A DNA stretch of 31,728 nucleotides from a virus (taxonomy: Duplodnaviria > Caudoviricetes). The stretch lies in IMG/VR virus record IMGVR_UViG_3300049050_000028, positions 1 through 31,728 of that record; one strand, given 5' to 3'. The notes beneath the pieces are model-generated. The model was not told where the DNA came from. It saw only the letters and a list, made by a program, of their open reading frames with translations, and did no database searches. Positions 14,614 through 24,584 of the stretch are shown piece after piece. A program made the position numbers and the translations under genes. Each line of letters begins with the position of its first letter. The first letter of the stretch is position 1.

Positions 14614-16734
14614 TCACGCGGTCGTGTGACCGGTGATGTCGAGGATCAGCGACGACCCGCTCGCCCCGATCGACGCCCACGTGAGCGCCGTCGCCGAGCC
14701 GGCGGCGTACAGGGTCAGCACCGTTCCGTTGATTTCGCCGACGACGGCGGTCGCGAACAACGTGCCCTGCACTTTCGCCATGCCGTTGATTGCAAACGGC
14801 AGGTTGATACGGAAAGTGCCGGTGCCCGGCGCGGCCCATGTGATCGCGCCGAAGTTGTGCTTCAGGTGCACCAGCCGGCCGACCTTGATGGCCTGCGCCT
14901 GGAACCCACCCGCTGCCGCGAGCGTCGTCGGATCGCCGGTGCTGCCCGTGATCGTCATCGCGTCCAGCGGCGTCGCGAGGTTCTCCTGGTAGTCGTCCAG
15001 CGTATTCGCGTCGCTCGACGGCACCTGGGTCGCGGGGAACGTCAAGCCACCTTCGGTGGACAGCGCGCTGAACTGCCCCGGCAGGTTCTCCGTGCGATAC
15101 GGGTTGCCGGAGTTGTTCAGGATCGTCAGCGCGCTGAACGTGGGCGTGTCGTAGGCAGCCAGGTCGCGGCAGTTCACGAACTGGGTTTCGGCCTGCGCGG
15201 TCAGCAGAACCGACTCGTTGCCAGTCGGCTTGATGATGCGCGTGTTCTCGAATCGCGATTGGTAGATCGCGCCGGATGCGCCGATGACCACGGACCGGGT
15301 CTTGGTGTTCGCGAGGCCGATGTGCTGGCCGCTGATGAACTCGTGGCCGACGCAGTTGCCGCCCACCGTGTCGTTGATCAGCAGCTCCTGCGTCACGTTC
15401 GCAGCACCCTGCGGCTCGAGCGTGTAGTCGCGGAACACGTTGCCGTGGCCGCCGTCGACCTCGAGCAGACTCGTGCTCGGCGTGCCGGGGTTGTTGAAGC
15501 AGACGAAGTGCGACAGCGCGTTGTCGGAGCAGTTCTCCAGGATGAGCGCCGCACGCGCGCCGTGGTAGTGCACGCAGTTCTTCGACGCCCCGGAGTAACA
15601 GGTCTTCAGGAACGCGCCGTCCGTGCCGCCGTTGGTGATGACGTGGTCGAGCTCCCAGTAGGTGAGATTCTCGAGGTGGAGCGGGCGCGCCGTCGCCAGC
15701 GACATCGCGACATCGCGCAGGATGATCTGATCGACCGCCCCCTGCGACACGCCGATCATCTCCAGGCAGCGCGCGGCGATGCTGTTGGCGTTGAGCTTCA
15801 GGTACTCGATCGTCACGCCCGAGTAGGCGCCGCTCGGGTAGCTGACCATGGCCGAGCCGGCGAAGCCGGCCAGGGCCTTGATGATGGCCTTCTCGCGCTT
15901 GCGACCCTTCAGGGTCTGTTGCGTCGTCGGGGTGAGCGGCACGCTGATGCCGTATGTGCCGGGCGTAAAGTCGATTTCATAGCCCGTGTCGATGATGGTG
16001 TTCAGCGCCGCGGCGACGTTCATGCTGCCGGTGTTCGACAGCACATCGGCCACCTCGGCATCCGTCATCGCCCAGGTCGACGGCGGGCGGCCGTAGCTCG
16101 CCAGGCCTAACGACTTCACCGGGTAGATCAAATCGTATTTCGACTTGACGAGGCCGGCGCCCAGCGAGGCGCTTGTCGCGTTCGCCAGCTCGGCGATGAG
16201 CTCGCCGATCTGCCCGGTGGTGGGGTCGAGGTTCACCAGGGCATCGGCCGCCGCGTTCCACCCGAGAACCTTCAGCGCCTCGGGAACAGGCAGCGTGATG
16301 TCGACGTCGTTGCTCGTCGCCGGGGGCAGCTGCACCGCGCGGCTGACCAGCGCGGCGGCCTGCTTCGCCAGCATCACCGAACGGTCGAGCGCGTTCTCGA
16401 TGACCTCCGGGAGGAAGCCACCGGCGTTCTGAATGTCGGTCTCCTGGGTGTACTCCAGGTCGCTGAGAATGGTCAGCGTCTCGCCAGTGGGTAGCGCCGT
16501 GGTGACGCCGGCCGCCTTGTACGTGATCGACCCACCCGGGCTGTTGTTCTGGTCGACGTTCAGCGTGACGCTATAGCCCGAATCGAGAACGAGGTCCGTC
16601 TCGATGTCATCGCTGTCCGAGTGGACGACCCGCAAGTCGCCCGCTTCGAAGACCTTGAAGCTGAACGCGAAATCGGTGGTTACGCCGTTGCCGGTGTACG
16701 GGCCGGCGCGGGGGTCGGTTGCGGTAACGGTCAT
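14614..16734 (-). CDS. Tailspike/tail fibre with pectate-lyase-like beta-helix
   Basis: N-terminal GPYTGNGVTTDFAFSFKVF anchor; AALN...DFTPGTY beta-helix start; C-terminal TFPATQVPSSDANTLDDY motif. Confidence 0.85.
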   Translation of the reverse strand: MTVTATDPRAGPYTGNGVTTDFAFSFKVFEAGDLRVVHSDSDDIETDLVLDSGYSVTLNVDQNNSPGGSITYKAAGVTTALPTGETLTILSDLEYTQETDIQNAGGFLPEVIENALDRSVMLAKQAAALVSRAVQLPPATSNDVDITLPVPEALKVLGWNAAADALVNLDPTTGQIGELIAELANATSASLGAGLVKSKYDLIYPVKSLGLASYGRPPSTWAMTDAEVADVLSNTGSMNVAAALNTIIDTGYEIDFTPGTYGISVPLTPTTQQTLKGRKREKAIIKALAGFAGSAMVSYPSGAYSGVTIEYLKLNANSIAARCLEMIGVSQGAVDQIILRDVAMSLATARPLHLENLTYWELDHVITNGGTDGAFLKTCYSGASKNCVHYHGARAALILENCSDNALSHFVCFNNPGTPSTSLLEVDGGHGNVFRDYTLEPQGAANVTQELLINDTVGGNCVGHEFISGQHIGLANTKTRSVVIGASGAIYQSRFENTRIIKPTGNESVLLTAQAETQFVNCRDLAAYDTPTFSALTILNNSGNPYRTENLPGQFSALSTEGGLTFPATQVPSSDANTLDDYQENLATPLDAMTITGSTGDPTTLAAAGGFQAQAIKVGRLVHLKHNFGAITWAAPGTGTFRINLPFAINGMAKVQGTLFATAVVGEINGTVLTLYAAGSATALTWASIGASGSSLILDITGHTTA

Positions 16735-16756
16735 CGGGCAGCCCTGTAGCTGCCGC

Positions 16757-16778
16757 GACTTTACAAGCTGCCAAAGTC
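16757..16778. promoter_or_regulatory. Degenerate operator-like palindrome upstream of tailspike
   Basis: GACTTTACA-AGCT-GCCAAAGTC; contains TAAAGT on the - strand. Confidence 0.4.
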
Positions 16779-16802
16779 GATATGCGAACGGCTAAAGCGC
16801 CT

Positions 16803-19800
16803 TTACTTCGGCGGCCCGACCAGCAGCGCCAGCGGGTTGCGCGTCTCGCCGTTGCGCAGCGCCTCGAACCCGGCGACGGTGCGCTGCACCTGGCCGGCGG
16901 GGTAGTGCAGCGCGATGCCGGCGGTGTTGTTCAGCGCCTTCAGGAACGCCGCGTCGGCCTCGCCCTGGCCGGCCTGCTTGCCCAGCTTCGCGAGCTCGGC
17001 GAAGAACCGCGCGCCGGCTGGGCCGCTGTAGTCGCTGTACAGCCCGAGCGCGCCCTGGATGCCGGCACTGGTCTCGCGCACGCCGAGGATGGTGCCGGTC
17101 AGGTAGGTCAGCTGATCGGCGGCCAGCTTCTTCGCAAGTTCGTCGTCATCGCCGCCGGTGAGGGCGTGCTTCAGCAGCGTCGCCATGAGGGCTGGGATGG
17201 TGTAGAGCAGCAGGTAATCGCGCATGAGCAGCGCGACGCTGGCCGGGCTCTTGAAGTCGGTGCGGTTCAGCGACTCGGCCGACAGGTTGTGCAGCACGTT
17301 GAAGAAGCTGTAGAAGTTCGTCCATAGCTTCATCCACACGCCGCCGCGCTGCACGCGCGCCAGGTCCTTGATCTGGCCGCCGCCCTGCGCGTCGATGACC
17401 GCCTGGTCGGCGAGCGCCACGCTGCGCGCCTCGTCGTTGCCCTCGGCCTGCGCCTTCTCGTAGGCGCCCAGCCACGTCGGCACGTCGGCCACCTTCTGCG
17501 CGGTCTGGATCATCCAGAAGTACGACGCCTCGAGCTGCGTCAGGCGCTTGCCCTTCACCACGTTGAGAATCTCGTTCAGTTCGCGCTGCTGCGTCTTGGC
17601 GCGCAGGCGCATGAACTCCGACTTCGCGTTGATCGTCTCGAGCGACTGCACCGGCGAGCCGACCCAGGCGGCCAGCCCCTTCGCCACCCACGCCGGGCCG
17701 ATGCGCACCATCGACTGCGTGAGGCCGATCGGCTGCAGCAGCGAGGTCATGAGGTTCCACCCCAGGCCGGCGACCGTGGTGCCGACGCGGATGTGGTTCA
17801 TCGCCCGCTCGAGGTGGTCCTGCGCAGGCACGTCGCCGGCGGCCATGTCCTCGATGGCCTTGCGCATCTCGCGCAGCACCTCGGGCCCGTAGTGCTCGCG
17901 GATGGCCGCGTCGATCGGCTTGGCGCGCAGCAGGCGCTGTGCGTCGATCAGCCATTCGTGCCACGAGATGTCGTGCGCCACCTGGTTCACGTGCTCGAAC
18001 ACGACGCCCAGGTCTTTGCGCACCGGGCGGCCGACGACTTCCTCGACGCGGGCCTTGGTGTGGCCGCGCCGCGTGGTGGCGCGCGTGTAGGCGCCGCCCA
18101 TCATCTGCTTGGCGACCTCGGCCGCGGTGTCGGCCTCGGCCTTCGTGCTGCGCGTCGGGTCGTACTTGATCGGGTAGTAGCCGCCCTTGTACTCGCCGAA
18201 CTTCGTGGCGATCGGCGCGGCCTCGACCTTCTCGGGCGCGGTGCCGGTGAGGCGGCGCTCTTTCTCTTTGATCGCCGGCCAGTAGGTGTCGACGTGGTCC
18301 CACACGGCCTGCACGAAATCCCACTCGTGTTTTTCCAGGCGCGCGAGGATGGCTTGCACCTGGGCCTCGCTCCAGCCGTCGCCCTGCATCACGCGAGCGC
18401 GGTTCGCCTCGTTGCCCCAGTTCAGCGCGACCGAAACCATCTGCTCGCGCGTGAGCGAGTCGCCAATCTCGGGGATCGACTCGCGCCGGCGCAGCGCCTT
18501 GGTGTCGAGCTTGGCGAACACCTTCGTCAGTTCGATCGTCGCCGCCTCGCGCATGCCGGCCTCCCGGTCGCCGGCCTCGTTCATCGGTCGGACGAACACC
18601 TCCCACAGCGCGCCGCCATCCTTGAATCCGTCCATCTCGCGGACCATGCTGGCGAACTTGCGGTGCATCGCCAGCACGCCGCGGAACGTCTCGCCGATCG
18701 CGCCGCCCTCGTCGCCGTACTTCTTCGATCGGCTGCCGCGTGCGTTCGCGCGAATCGATGCTTCGGCGTCTGCCACGGCGGCAGCGAACTCGCGTTGATC
18801 CTTGGCGGTCAACAGCTTCTTTTTCAGCCGGCCCAGGTGCTCGATGTTGCGCACGGTGTCGACCACGCCGCGGAACGTGTCGAGCGGCAGGTCCTTGTAG
18901 TGCTGGCGCTGCGCGGCTTCGATCAGCGCCGGGTCGACCGTCGGGTCGAACCCCTGCTCGCGCTGCGCCTCGACCCACTGGGCCAGCGTCTTGCGCTTGT
19001 CGATCGCCGTGAGCGACTGACTGCGCCGCAGGTCATAGCGGTCGAGGATGGCGTCGATCTGGTCGGCGTAGTCGACGTCGAGGCCTTTGAGGTTGATGCC
19101 GGTGAGGTAGGCGACGGCCTTGTCGACCTCGGCCAGGGCGTCGGCCGCGGTGCGCGCGGCGTAGTGGTTCAGCAGCTCGTTCCGTTTCGCCGCGGCGGCG
19201 CCCTGCGTGTCGCCCTTCTTCATCGCCTCGGCTGCCTGCCGGCCGGCGCGCGTCTCGGCCGCGCGGTGCTGCGCCGGGCGGATGTCGCGGATGAGCTTGC
19301 GGCCGGTGATCGCCTTGGCGAAGGCCTTGGCCTGGCGCGCCAGCACGTTGACGCTGCCGCCGCCCGGCGTCGCCTCGCGCACGTTCAGCATGCGGCCCAG
19401 CGCCTTCAGCTCGGCGGCCACGAACCGGCCGCGGGCCTCGTTGTGAATGGCGGCCTCGGCGGCGCGCTCGAGCGCCGCCTCGTTCGTCAGGTCGCCGTAG
19501 GTCTCCAGCATGCGCTGGTCGGTCAGCCCTTCGACGACCTCGGCCTGCGGGTCGGCGGCCAGCAGCGAGCGCACCAGGTGGTCGCCGCTGCTGAAGCCGA
19601 ACACCTCCGCGATGACGTTCGGGTGCACGCCCTCGGCCGCCGCGAGCCCACCCTTGCCGACGGGCAGGTAACGCCACGGCGCTGCGGGCCCCTCGCCGTA
19701 CATCACTTTCAGAGCGCCGAGGTCGAGCTTCGCCTTCATGCCGGCGAACGACTCCAGCGCCTTGCGCTGGGCGTTGTTCAGCTGCAGGCCATCGGGCAGC

Positions 19801-22800
19801 CGGCCGCGGCGCAGGAAGCTGTCGACCATGTAGAGCGGCTGGCGCCCGACCTCGTCGGCGACGGTGGCCTGCATCGCGTCGCGCTTGGCCTTCGCGTCAG
19901 CCTGCAGCCGCTTCAGCTCGCGCCCCTTGGCGTTGCTCAGCCAGCGCATGTCGCGCAGCGATTCGCGCTGCAGCTTCTCGACGGCCTGCTCGGTCGCGTC
20001 GTTGGCGAGCGCCTGATACGCGACGAACTGCTGCGGCGTCATGCCGGCGGCCTCGGCCGTCTCGAACATCGGCGCGAAGCCTGCGGCCGCCTGCGCCTCG
20101 GCGATTTGCGCGTCGGTGGCGATCAGCCGATTCATCACGCCGCGCACCTCGTCGGTGAGCTCGACGTTCAGGGCGGTGATCGACTTGTAGACCTGCACCA
20201 GCCACGCGCGGAAGCGCTGGAACAGCGATTGCAGTTCGATGTTTGGGGCCTTGCCCTCGAACAGGTAGGCCTCGAACCCGCGGGCGAACTTCTCGTGTGC
20301 ATCGCGCCGCTTGTCCAGCGGCAGCGCCAGCCACTCGGCCGCGGTGCCCTTGTGCCCGAACCACTCGAGCAGCGCCCGCATGTCGGCCTGCACCTGGGCC
20401 GGCGCTGCGGGGTCGGCGGCCAGGTGCGCGACGGTCTCGAGGTAGAAGTGCCCGAGCTCGTGCAGGAAGGTCGACAGGTCCGCGCCCTTCAGCAGCGCGA
20501 TTGTGTTCGTGCCGGGATCGAAGGTGCCGCGCGGTGCGGCTTCGCCTTGGGCGAGCGTGCGTCCTTCGACGTAGTACGCCTTGGCGCCCGCGTCCTTTGT
20601 GCCGATTTCGTCCACGACGGCGCCCTGCACATCCGCCTTCGGGATGCGCACGACGGCGACCGCCGGCGGGTTGTCGGAACGGTGCTGCAGTTGCGCCTCG
20701 ACCTTCTCGCGCCAGAAGTTGACACCATCGCGGTCGGTCAGGAACACCCGCCCCCGGGAGTGCCCTGCGTAGACCCCGCCGAACATCGACCCTTGGTCGG
20801 GCATCAGTCCGTCTTGTAGGATGGCCCGCGCGTTCTGGTAGGTGGTGACGTGGTAGTAGAACTCGTCGGGGTCAAGGTGGCTGCCGACCTCGCCCCTGAA
20901 AATCTTCCACTTGCTGCGCTGCGGCTTCTCCTTCGGCGGCGCGTAGATCGGCGGGGGTGGGTTCGCCTTCGAGTGCGCACGCCTCGCGGGGCGGTCGCGC
21001 AGGAGTTGCAGGGCTTCGTCGGCCGACGAAGCGATGTGCACCTGCTCGAGCACGTTGCCCTCGGCGTCAAGGACGCTGAAGATCGCTTTGCCCGTCAACG
21101 GGCTGCGCTTGCCGGTGTCGACCGCACTCGCCGCGGCGTCGGCGATTGCCTGAATGCGCTGGTCGTCGGGCTGGCTCAGCACCGCCCCGCCTTGCGCCGG
21201 GTTCTCCGCGACGATCCGCAGCGGGTGCTGAGCGAACAGCGCGTCGGGCGTCGTGACGAGCCGCTCGGCCATCACGGTATAGAAGTCGCGCACCAGCCCG
21301 GCGTATGCCGCGTTCACCTCGTCGGTGAAGCGGCGCGCCTTCTTCAACTGATCCATGACCTGGGTCTGCACCGCCTCGGTCTGCGCGATGAACTCGGCCG
21401 CGCGCTGCGACTGGGCGAGAACCTGTTCGGCCTCTTGCTGCAGCAGCCTCGCCCCGTCCTTTCCAAACGCGTCGGCCTCGGCCTGCGTCCACGCGTCCGG
21501 GTCGGTGCGCACCAGCGGCGCGAGCGACTGCTCGAGCGGCGTGCCGGCGAGCGTCGTGAACTCGCCCAGCGGCACCGCGATGTCGCCGCCGGTGGCGACG
21601 CCTTCGGCCAGCGCCTCGATTGCCTTGGGCATCGCCTCGGCGAGCTTGACCTGCTCGGCCTCGGGCAGCTTCGCCAGCGACTGCGCGAACATGGTGGCAT
21701 CGACGTACACCGCCGGCGTGCCGGCCTGGTCGGCTGCCGCCTGCACGTGCTCGGCGAAGGCCTGCGGGTCGCGCTCGCGCAGCTTTGACGTCTTCGCCAG
21801 CGTCATCACCTCGGCGACAGCCTGCCCACCCTGCTGCGCCGCCTGGGCGCGCTGCTGGCGGTCGGCCAGCCCCTTCGCCGCGGCGCTGATGCCGCCGATG
21901 GTGCCCGTCTGCACGAGCGTCGCCAGCAGGGTCTGGTAAGCCGCGCCGGGCCGCTCGCGCAGGAAGTCCTCCCACGACTTGTCGGGGTTGGCGACCGCGG
22001 TGTCGATGGAGTCCTGCAAGAACGTCGCGACCTGCTCGCCGGGAATCTCGCGGCCGAGCAAGCCCTTCAGGAACTCACCGGCGCCGGCCCGCCCGAACTG
22101 CTTGACCATGAACCCCATCGGCATGACCTCGGTGCCGACCTCGACGGCGCCCTCGCCCACCGCGCCGATGAAGGCCGGGAACGGGTCAGCGCCGCGCGCC
22201 CGGTACTTGCCATACGCCTCGGCCTCGGTCTGGATGCCGGCGGCCGCCAGCGCCGGCGTGGCGCTGCGCGTGGCGATCGACGCGGCCAGGCCGGGGATTT
22301 GCCGCAGCAGGCTCGTGCCGCCGGAGTACAGGCCTTGCGCCGTGGAGGAATCGAACTCTGGCGTGCTCAGCGCCGTGTCGGTCTGCGCGCTAGCGAACGA
22401 GCGCGCGGCGCGCCGGCTGCCTTCTTCCGACCCGATCAGGTCGGCGAACTGCTGGTCGATGCCGGCCTTCGCCAGCCGGGCGCCCTGCACCGGCGCCTGC
22501 GCCAGCCCCGACAGCACGGAGCCAAGCGTCGCCTGCGGGCCTCGCGTGGTCTGGAGCTCGCCGAACTTCGCGATGCTCGCCTCGAGCTCGGCCAGCGTCG
22601 GCACGTCGTCGTGCGCCATCATCGCGAAGATGCGATCTTGCATCTTCGACTCGAGCAGCGGCGAGCCGTTGAGCTTGTCCCACGCGCGGTCGACGGCGTC
22701 CTGCATCTGCACGTCGCGCAGGTTGCGCAGCACCGCCTCGTCAGGGATGCTGCGCCGCTTGGCGATCTGCTTGGCCTGCGCCGCCTGGTCGGGGTTCGTT

Positions 22801-22949
22801 CGCACGGCGGCCTGCAGGTTCGACGCCACGCGCGTCTTCTGCTCGCCGATGACCGACTCGACCGCCTTGCCGAACGGGTCGTCGGTGACGCCGGGGGTGG
22901 GTTGCTGCAGCACGCCGCCTACGGCGGCGTCCCAGTCGTCGAGCGCCAT
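16803..22949 (-). CDS. Large internal virion (ejection) protein, 2048 aa, polyvalent type
   Basis: Size and position between the second core protein and tailspike; helical, Ala-rich; STFLHELGH motif; inserted ART-like domain. Confidence 0.85.
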   Translation of the reverse strand: MALDDWDAAVGGVLQQPTPGVTDDPFGKAVESVIGEQKTRVASNLQAAVRTNPDQAAQAKQIAKRRSIPDEAVLRNLRDVQMQDAVDRAWDKLNGSPLLESKMQDRIFAMMAHDDVPTLAELEASIAKFGELQTTRGPQATLGSVLSGLAQAPVQGARLAKAGIDQQFADLIGSEEGSRRAARSFASAQTDTALSTPEFDSSTAQGLYSGGTSLLRQIPGLAASIATRSATPALAAAGIQTEAEAYGKYRARGADPFPAFIGAVGEGAVEVGTEVMPMGFMVKQFGRAGAGEFLKGLLGREIPGEQVATFLQDSIDTAVANPDKSWEDFLRERPGAAYQTLLATLVQTGTIGGISAAAKGLADRQQRAQAAQQGGQAVAEVMTLAKTSKLRERDPQAFAEHVQAAADQAGTPAVYVDATMFAQSLAKLPEAEQVKLAEAMPKAIEALAEGVATGGDIAVPLGEFTTLAGTPLEQSLAPLVRTDPDAWTQAEADAFGKDGARLLQQEAEQVLAQSQRAAEFIAQTEAVQTQVMDQLKKARRFTDEVNAAYAGLVRDFYTVMAERLVTTPDALFAQHPLRIVAENPAQGGAVLSQPDDQRIQAIADAAASAVDTGKRSPLTGKAIFSVLDAEGNVLEQVHIASSADEALQLLRDRPARRAHSKANPPPPIYAPPKEKPQRSKWKIFRGEVGSHLDPDEFYYHVTTYQNARAILQDGLMPDQGSMFGGVYAGHSRGRVFLTDRDGVNFWREKVEAQLQHRSDNPPAVAVVRIPKADVQGAVVDEIGTKDAGAKAYYVEGRTLAQGEAAPRGTFDPGTNTIALLKGADLSTFLHELGHFYLETVAHLAADPAAPAQVQADMRALLEWFGHKGTAAEWLALPLDKRRDAHEKFARGFEAYLFEGKAPNIELQSLFQRFRAWLVQVYKSITALNVELTDEVRGVMNRLIATDAQIAEAQAAAGFAPMFETAEAAGMTPQQFVAYQALANDATEQAVEKLQRESLRDMRWLSNAKGRELKRLQADAKAKRDAMQATVADEVGRQPLYMVDSFLRRGRLPDGLQLNNAQRKALESFAGMKAKLDLGALKVMYGEGPAAPWRYLPVGKGGLAAAEGVHPNVIAEVFGFSSGDHLVRSLLAADPQAEVVEGLTDQRMLETYGDLTNEAALERAAEAAIHNEARGRFVAAELKALGRMLNVREATPGGGSVNVLARQAKAFAKAITGRKLIRDIRPAQHRAAETRAGRQAAEAMKKGDTQGAAAAKRNELLNHYAARTAADALAEVDKAVAYLTGINLKGLDVDYADQIDAILDRYDLRRSQSLTAIDKRKTLAQWVEAQREQGFDPTVDPALIEAAQRQHYKDLPLDTFRGVVDTVRNIEHLGRLKKKLLTAKDQREFAAAVADAEASIRANARGSRSKKYGDEGGAIGETFRGVLAMHRKFASMVREMDGFKDGGALWEVFVRPMNEAGDREAGMREAATIELTKVFAKLDTKALRRRESIPEIGDSLTREQMVSVALNWGNEANRARVMQGDGWSEAQVQAILARLEKHEWDFVQAVWDHVDTYWPAIKEKERRLTGTAPEKVEAAPIATKFGEYKGGYYPIKYDPTRSTKAEADTAAEVAKQMMGGAYTRATTRRGHTKARVEEVVGRPVRKDLGVVFEHVNQVAHDISWHEWLIDAQRLLRAKPIDAAIREHYGPEVLREMRKAIEDMAAGDVPAQDHLERAMNHIRVGTTVAGLGWNLMTSLLQPIGLTQSMVRIGPAWVAKGLAAWVGSPVQSLETINAKSEFMRLRAKTQQRELNEILNVVKGKRLTQLEASYFWMIQTAQKVADVPTWLGAYEKAQAEGNDEARSVALADQAVIDAQGGGQIKDLARVQRGGVWMKLWTNFYSFFNVLHNLSAESLNRTDFKSPASVALLMRDYLLLYTIPALMATLLKHALTGGDDDELAKKLAADQLTYLTGTILGVRETSAGIQGALGLYSDYSGPAGARFFAELAKLGKQAGQGEADAAFLKALNNTAGIALHYPAGQVQRTVAGFEALRNGETRNPLALLVGPPK

Positions 22950-24583
22950 CAGAGCCCCTTTGCAGCCTTGAAGGCTTGCAGGATTTGTGCGTCGGTGGGC
23001 GCGGCCACGCCGCGCTTCTTGAATGCGGTCACGATGCCGGCGCGGTCAGCGTCGGAGATGGTCGGCGTGAATTTCGCCGCGTCGGGCGTGCCGGCCACCT
23101 CATAGAAGCGCTTTCCGCCGAAGAACCACGAGTCATTTTCGATCATCATTTTGTCGATGACCTTCTGCCGCTCGTCTTGCGTCAGGTCGCTGCCCTTGAC
23201 CTTGCGCGCGTCGTTCAGCGCCTGCACGGTCACGGCGTCGAACCGGCCCTTCTTTTCCTGGTCGCCGTTGCCCAGCTTCAGCAGGTTGTGCGCGATGCCG
23301 AGCTGCTGCTGCAGCGTGACCACGTCCTGCGTCTTGTCGGGCTTGCCGGCCGCGGCCTTCAGGTCGAGCAGCGATTCGCGCTGCGCCGGCGCGAGCTTGT
23401 CGAAGTGCTGCACGAGCGACTTCTTCGCGAACGCCGCCGGGTCCGCTGCCGCTTCCTCGCGCAGCTGGGCATACAGCGCCCAGTCGGTTCTCGTGCGGTC
23501 GACCGCGGCGCTGTTCGCCTTTTCCTTGAGGTGGTTCTTGATCGCGATGCGGGTGCGCGGGTCCATGTCGGCCTGCACCTTCGTCGGGATGGCCGACCAG
23601 CCTCCGCCCTGCTCGATGACGCCCCAGGCCGCCTCCGCAGCGTCGCCTTGCAGGCGCTCGCGCGCTGCGTGCTGCTCGGCGATGCGCCCTTTCAGCGTGG
23701 TGACGAAGGTGTCTTCCTCGTCGCCGGTGTACTTCTCGCGGATGAGCTTGATCGCGTCGGCCTCGGGCACGCCGCGCTTGACCGCTTCGTCGGCGAAGGC
23801 CTGGGCCTTCACCTTCGTGGTGCCGAGTCGCACCGTCTTCTCGATTTCCGCATGCTTGACGCCGGGAATCTCGGCCTTGTTCGCCGCGAAGTATGCCTCG
23901 GCCTTCATCGGGTCGTTCTCGACCATGGCCTGCAGCACCTGGGTGTGCAGCGTGCCGGTCTGGTTCTGCTTCTCGAGCGCGATCTTCTCGGGCGTCCAGC
24001 CGCTCAGGCGGCCCACCGCCTCGACCTTGTTGCCGATGGTGGTGCGCGCCTTGCCGATGCTGTCGGGCGAGGGGTCGGCCGCGGCGAGGTTGATGTCGGC
24101 CACGATGCTCGCCTGCCCGGACTCCACGAGCGACTTCTTGCGCTGCTCGTCCTCGTGGCGGCCGGCGTACTCGACGCCGCGCGCACGCAGCGCCTCGGCC
24201 TGCCGGCGGAACAACAGCCTCTGCCGCTCGTTGGTGAGGCCTTCGCTGTTGCGCTTGACCGCGTCGTCGAACCACTTCTTCGTGTCCTCGGTCGCGCCCC
24301 ATGCGTCCTGGCCGTTGCGGTTGCGAAGCTGGCGTTCCTGGTCGACCCACTCGTTCGTGAGCGCGGTGCCAGCGCGCAGCAGCATGTCGGCATCCTCGCG
24401 TTCTTGCCGCTCGCGGAAGAACGTGGCCGCGGCGCCCTCGACGCTTTTGAGCGCGTGTCCGAGTTGCTGCGCCTGCTGGGCGCTGCCGGCGAAGGCGCCG
24501 ACCGGCGCGTCGATCGACTGCCGCACGTTGGGCAGCGGGGCGAGCTCTGCGCTCGGGCCGGTGACGGCTGGCACTCGCGGCAT
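22949..24583 (-). CDS. Internal virion protein (second ejection protein)
   Basis: MPRVP N-terminus, helical 544 aa, synteny. Confidence 0.75.
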   Translation of the reverse strand: MPRVPAVTGPSAELAPLPNVRQSIDAPVGAFAGSAQQAQQLGHALKSVEGAAATFFRERQEREDADMLLRAGTALTNEWVDQERQLRNRNGQDAWGATEDTKKWFDDAVKRNSEGLTNERQRLLFRRQAEALRARGVEYAGRHEDEQRKKSLVESGQASIVADINLAAADPSPDSIGKARTTIGNKVEAVGRLSGWTPEKIALEKQNQTGTLHTQVLQAMVENDPMKAEAYFAANKAEIPGVKHAEIEKTVRLGTTKVKAQAFADEAVKRGVPEADAIKLIREKYTGDEEDTFVTTLKGRIAEQHAARERLQGDAAEAAWGVIEQGGGWSAIPTKVQADMDPRTRIAIKNHLKEKANSAAVDRTRTDWALYAQLREEAAADPAAFAKKSLVQHFDKLAPAQRESLLDLKAAAGKPDKTQDVVTLQQQLGIAHNLLKLGNGDQEKKGRFDAVTVQALNDARKVKGSDLTQDERQKVIDKMMIENDSWFFGGKRFYEVAGTPDAAKFTPTISDADRAGIVTAFKKRGVAAPTDAQILQAFKAAKGL

Positions 24584-24584
24584 G

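Noticed and set aside
14614-16734. BPP-1-like diversity-generating retroelement acting on the tail fibre
   Set aside because: Despite BPP-1-like gene order, I found no duplicate of the tailspike 3' end and no brt/avd-like gene
17793-20819. 1008-aa + strand ORF and other long opposite-strand or alternative-frame ORFs (e.g. 2798-4678, 7767-9479, 22976-25088, 27818-29584)
   Set aside because: Shadow ORFs of real GC-rich genes; Arg/Ala/Pro-rich or anticodon-like composition with no motifs or RBS
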